From: Tubulanus polymorphus
Taxonomy: Eukaryota > Animalia > Nemertea
Reading direction: 5' to 3'
Assembly: GCF_964204645.1 (NCBI RefSeq)
Contig: NC_134034.1
Location: 930,001 to 994,000, forward strand
DNA length: 64,000 nt
Under the pieces are notes generated by a model. That model made no database searches. It was not told where the DNA came from and saw only the letters and a program-made list of their open reading frames with translations. Shown here one piece after another: positions 35,188 through 64,000 of this stretch (positions within the stretch are counted from its first letter, which is position 1; every line of letters starts with the position of its first letter). The position numbers and the translations under genes are program-made.

Positions 35188-35762
35188 CTACGACGGGCAT
35201 GTAGGACATTTTCTATAACAGTCACCCATACATTGTGGAAACGCAGGCAAAAGTAAATCGATAAAAGGGAGACAGCCAGGATAACAGTTCTCGTGACATT
35301 TTACTTGACACGCCCACTCCTTAGCAATACCAGGGTAACCAATGTTCTATGAATAAGCGCCGCCAGCGACCATCATCAGAACTAGAACTACCAGATACTG
35401 AAAGGAAGGTCTATCATTATAAAATCTGTGTGTTTTCAATCTAGAAACGGAGGGATGACCCGTGAGCTTTCGTTTAACGACGAGCACTACGCAGTGGCCT
35501 GGGCACGAGAAGATCCTCCAGGTGTAAATGTTGGCCTCAAATTGCTTAAGTAAACTACATGTAGATCTCTATTATTTTATCCTATGCGCATTATCGATCG
35601 TAAATCATCGATTGGACTAATCAATCGATCACCTACTGCGGCAATCGAGGATCCACCAGGTGTCAATAATGAACACTGGGACATTAACCACTGCAGCAAT
35701 AGAGGATTCCATAGTTTTACAAAAGGGAGAAATATTAATTAGATAACCATTGATGACAACAT
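35188..35762 (-). pseudogene. Secreted Cys-rich peptide paralog 4 (8 Cys) with an in-frame TAG; exons 35762-35748, 35397-35188
   Basis: MLSSM|YLVVLVLMMVAGGAYS*NIGYPGIAKEWACQVKCHENCYPGCLPFIDLLLPAFPQCMGDCYRKCPTCPS*; TAG at 35349-35347. Confidence 0.75.
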
Positions 35763-37774
35763 GATTCTCCGTAGATTTCAGATCCCTTGTGTTTGTAAAG
35801 TCGATGAAACGTGTTGAACTGCATGTACGAATACAAAGATGATTATAGCGATTTGAATAGATAGAGTTTCATATTTGATCAAACTGTGGAAATTATGAAG
35901 GTTTTAATTCTCACTACCACTCAGACGACTGTCAAATAATATCGCATTACATTAAAATTAGGCAGCTGTAGAGAATATTGATTTCCTTTGTCTTGATGCT
36001 GAAAATACAAAGTTTTGGACGGGTTTATCCATTGGTCAGGAGGTTGGGCGGAGAGACAAGCAGTAGGTCTGAGAGCTGTAACACTGCATACATGGCTCGG
36101 TAAAACTGATCCGAAGATTTATCGGGCAGACAGACAAACTCCTACATAAATAGATAGACATACAGACAGACAGACAGACAGACTGACAGACAGACAGGCA
36201 GATAATTTTACTGACATACTGACAGCAATGCAGCCAGAAAGACAGACAGCTAGAGACAGAAATCGAGTTAGGTCAGATACACAAGAAGCAGAAATAACTC
36301 AGTTTGCTGGCTAATAGTGACAATGTAAGATATTATTGAGGTAGAACAAGACTCTAGTCCAGTAATGATTCAACTACAACCAATTAAATCTTAATATCCG
36401 AGGCTTTTTGGAGAAAGTTTGAGACTAAACCAGCCTCACTGAAATTCTAAAAAGTTACCCGTAGATGGCAACTGACAACGATTCAGTAAAATTTTGATAA
36501 GGGCTCAGATGATAAGTTATGATAAATCGCTAACGATGACTTTTTCATTCTCGTTGACTCTTTGAATTTAGTAAAATCATGATTAGATACTAATGACGAC
36601 CATCTCATTCTCGATGACTTCAACGATTCGAGAACCGTTTCACTTTATGAAAGGATGAAAAAAGACTTTAGGCTTCTATTGGTTTTCCCGTTAAATGGAC
36701 CAATCAGCGAACGTTTTACTGAACAAGGAAGTATTTCGCAAATCGATATATAACGTCATGCGCAACAGCGCCAGTAATGAAATCACGCTTCGTGAGGCCA
36801 GGGGGCTGGTGGAAGCGAGTTCGGGAGTGATACCGGACCCCTGGCAAGCGAGGATGTGACTGCGAATGCAGGTGGCGCAGAATTGGACAGGCGACCAGTC
36901 TAAATCAATGGGACAGGCAACCAGTCTAAGCTTTAGATTTTGCTGCCTTCTCGTGGAATTTCTGCGAACTATTAGAAAAAACCAGTCGTTTCTAAACAGT
37001 AGAAAAACTTAAGTTGGGAGAGTAATTTTGATTTGAGTCATATATCCCTCTGTTGGATTTTCTATGAACTAAAACGACAAAACGTTTTTTTTTGTGTTTG
37101 AAATTAAATAAATGTTGTAGTTAATGAAGATGTTAGACTGGTTACCGGTCTCTTTCTTCAACTAGATATTGAATGGAACAGGCTACCAGTCTAATGAAAA
37201 TGTGTGAGCTGAGGATGTTACTGCGGCAGTCGATGATGAATAATCTACTGTCAATTGATGGAAGGTTCGAACCCCGGACACTCCGCACATCTTCTAAACA
37301 GTATCCGGACCTATCCAACTCAGTATCACTAATTTCTGGGTTCGAACCCTAGGCACCCCAGTACATCCTCTATTCAGCATCAGGGCCACTCTGAATCACT
37401 GTCAGTAATTACTGGGTTCGAACACGGGATATCGTTTATGTTCTATTCGGCATCAGGACCAATAATCACCACTTGTTTGAATTCAAAGAGCTGCTTACTT
37501 TCATTGTCAAGATTTTTCAACTCATTTGTCAAAAGAAACATGAAACGTCGCTTTTGGTTAAAACAATGATTTTTTATTCGTCCATTTCAAATACACTAGA
37601 AATCTTCTTTACAAGGGTCGAAAAAAAACAATAAATATCACATTATAAGATGAAATTTCAGACAAAATAGCCCACATTTTCTAGGGCAGGATTTGATTGT
37701 CTCTCTACCGATTCTGGAATTCTTTTGTGGCATGTTAATTTTGACCATATTACACTCTACCTATTCCATAAGTG

Positions 37775-38062
37775 TAACCTGTAAACCTCCGATAGAAGCG
37801 GCCGGTAGTGAGTTTGCAATATGTAAACCTGATAGAAGCGGCCCCGGTGGAGTTTGTAATCTGTAAACCTGATAGAAGCAGCCGGCAGAGTTTAAAATGT
37901 GAAAACCTGATAGAAGTGGCCCCGGTAGAGAGTTTGCAATCTGTTAACCCAATAGAAGCGGCCAGTAGAGAGTTTGTAATCTGTAATCCCGATTGAACCG
38001 TCTGGTAGAGAGTTTGTAATCTGTAAACCTGATAGAAGCGGCCGGTAGAGAGTTTGTAATCC
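37775..38062. repeat. ~40-bp degenerate tandem repeat (aaacctgatagaagcggccggtagagagtttgtaatctgt)
   Basis: ~7 diverged units. Confidence 0.8.
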
Positions 38063-38767
38063 GCAAATTTATATTGCGGAATATGTTCAATCAAGACCTG
38101 CCACAGAAAATGAATTTTTCTCTGAAAAACATGGAAACAATTGCATCAGGAGGTATAAAATCAAAACGGATTTGGATCCTCAATTGTGGAACTCAATCCA
38201 GCACTGTGGAACTGAGTCCAGAAATGTGGAACTGGATTCTGAATTGTGGAACTGAGTCCAGAACTGCGGAACTGAGTCCGGAAGTGTGGAACTGGATCCA
38301 CGTTGGAATAATGCGAAGAGATGAAATGGCACCTGACCAATGACCGTCTTAAATAAAATATCATTCATAATAATTAATCATAATCATACATGTACTTATA
38401 TAACAATTAACTGATAATAATAACAATCGTAATTATGATAATAATAATAATAATAATAATGATTTCAATCAATATTCTATGATAACTATTAGAATGTTGT
38501 AAGCATCAGGAATTTGTACAGAAAGGATATAAAAATATAAGCGTTATACGTCAGTAATGTATAACACAACTGTACAAGAAAAGCCATTTATATTTAATAT
38601 ATTAAAATCTATATAATTGCACATATAATTTACACATAGTTCGAATTTTGTCACCTCAAAATCATAAAGATTGGAAAAGACTTTGTATAAGTACATGAAA
38701 AAATGCCACCAAACAGCCTAGTTTGAATATTCTAACTTATCAGGGTAAGCAGGCAGCAACCTCAACA

Positions 38768-39100
38768 GGGATTCGAACCTGATGACATCGCGAGACTCTG
38801 CCACTGACCTCCCTCGGCAGGGATTCGAACCTGGTGACATCGTGAGACTCTGCCACGTTCCTCCCTCGGCAGGGATTCGAACCTGATGACATCGTGAGAC
38901 TCTGCCACGTTCCTCCCTCGGCAGGGATTCGAACCTGGTGACATCGTGAGACTCTGCCACGTTCCTCCCTCGGCAGGGATTCGAACCTGGTGACATCGTG
39001 AGACTCTGCCACGTTCCTCCCTCGGCAGGGATTCGAACCTGATGACATCGTGAGACTCTGCCACGTTCCTCCCTCGGCAGGGACTTAAACCTGATGACAC
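38768..39100 (-). repeat. 52-bp tandem repeat containing a tRNA B-box/T-arm
   Basis: ~6 units; minus strand ...caggttcgaatccctgccgaggga. Confidence 0.85.
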
Positions 39101-39835
39101 CGAGGGAGGATGCAATCTAACTACGCTAAAACAAAAGTCACAGATCCAAGACACAGCTTGTAACAAATCTAACTAGGCTTAAAACCGAGCTTCTGAGTCC
39201 AGTCAGAGGACGCCGCATTATTCTCCACAACAGAGACCAACTGTAGCTCCTGGTCGAGGAATGTTCGATTGTTCATTCAAATAAATGCAATTATTAAAAC
39301 ATATTCTTCGTTGAAATCTTATGATAAAGTGAACCAGCCTAAGCCGAGTCTGGTTCTGTAACCAATCTAAGAGCTTAAGACCAGTCTAAGCTCATTTTGG
39401 TTCTGTAACCAATCTAAGAGCTTAAGACCAGTCTAAACTCGCTTAACCAATCTAACAACTTAAGACCAGTCTAAGCTGATTCTGGTTCTTTAACCGATCT
39501 AACAACTTGAGTCTTGTTAAGATCACAAGTCATAACTGTGCAACTGGCCTATACAACTGGCCCTGTGGATATGTTACTCAGACTCGATATAGAAGTATCC
39601 ATTGATGATGTAAAACAATTTTGATAACAAACATAGACTAATAATACATGTATTATGTATGAACAATGACACGGTAGAAAATGATTAACAGACACTGAAG
39701 AAAGAGACCCAATACAATACAATACAATACAATAACTCCCAGCAGAAACTTTGGTCCAAATATATTCGAATGAGGTCCCTTTTTGAAGTATGTCTGACAT
39801 GGAATACAATTGTAGCACGTTTAAAACCGATTCGT

Positions 39836-64000
<24,165 letters not shown>

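Noticed and set aside
38718-39166. Three overlapping repetitive ORFs
   Set aside because: Products of the 52-bp tandem repeat

Overview
Eukaryotic (metazoan, probably marine invertebrate; inferred from GT-AG introns, gene families and repeat landscape) genomic DNA. Conventional content: the 3' 16 exons of an ADCY5/6-type adenylate cyclase (minus, 39836-64000); a 3-exon TLR-like LRR transmembrane protein with no TIR domain; an intronless rhodopsin-family peptide GPCR; a secreted PAN/EGF-like/LamG protein; a Thr/Ala-rich mucin-like gene; two RT-encoding LINE fragments; many MITEs and minisatellites. The most interesting signal is largely missed by the ORF track: four paralogous small genes (exon 2 at 17226-17405, 18907-19086, 29591-29773 and 35188-35397; three retain a 15-nt coding first exon) encode secreted peptides with a near-invariant signal peptide and hypervariable CxxxC...CxxxC mature regions with 4, 6 or 8 Cys, a toxin/defence-peptide-like family. 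Two divergent LINEs sit at the same site of the same intronic 75-bp repeat in two of these paralogs, which suggests target-site preference. A 69-bp intronic tandem array encodes six minimal type I hammerhead ribozyme motifs, and several satellites visibly derive from Harbinger-like MITEs. All gene models were spliced by hand from the sequence; no database searches were run.
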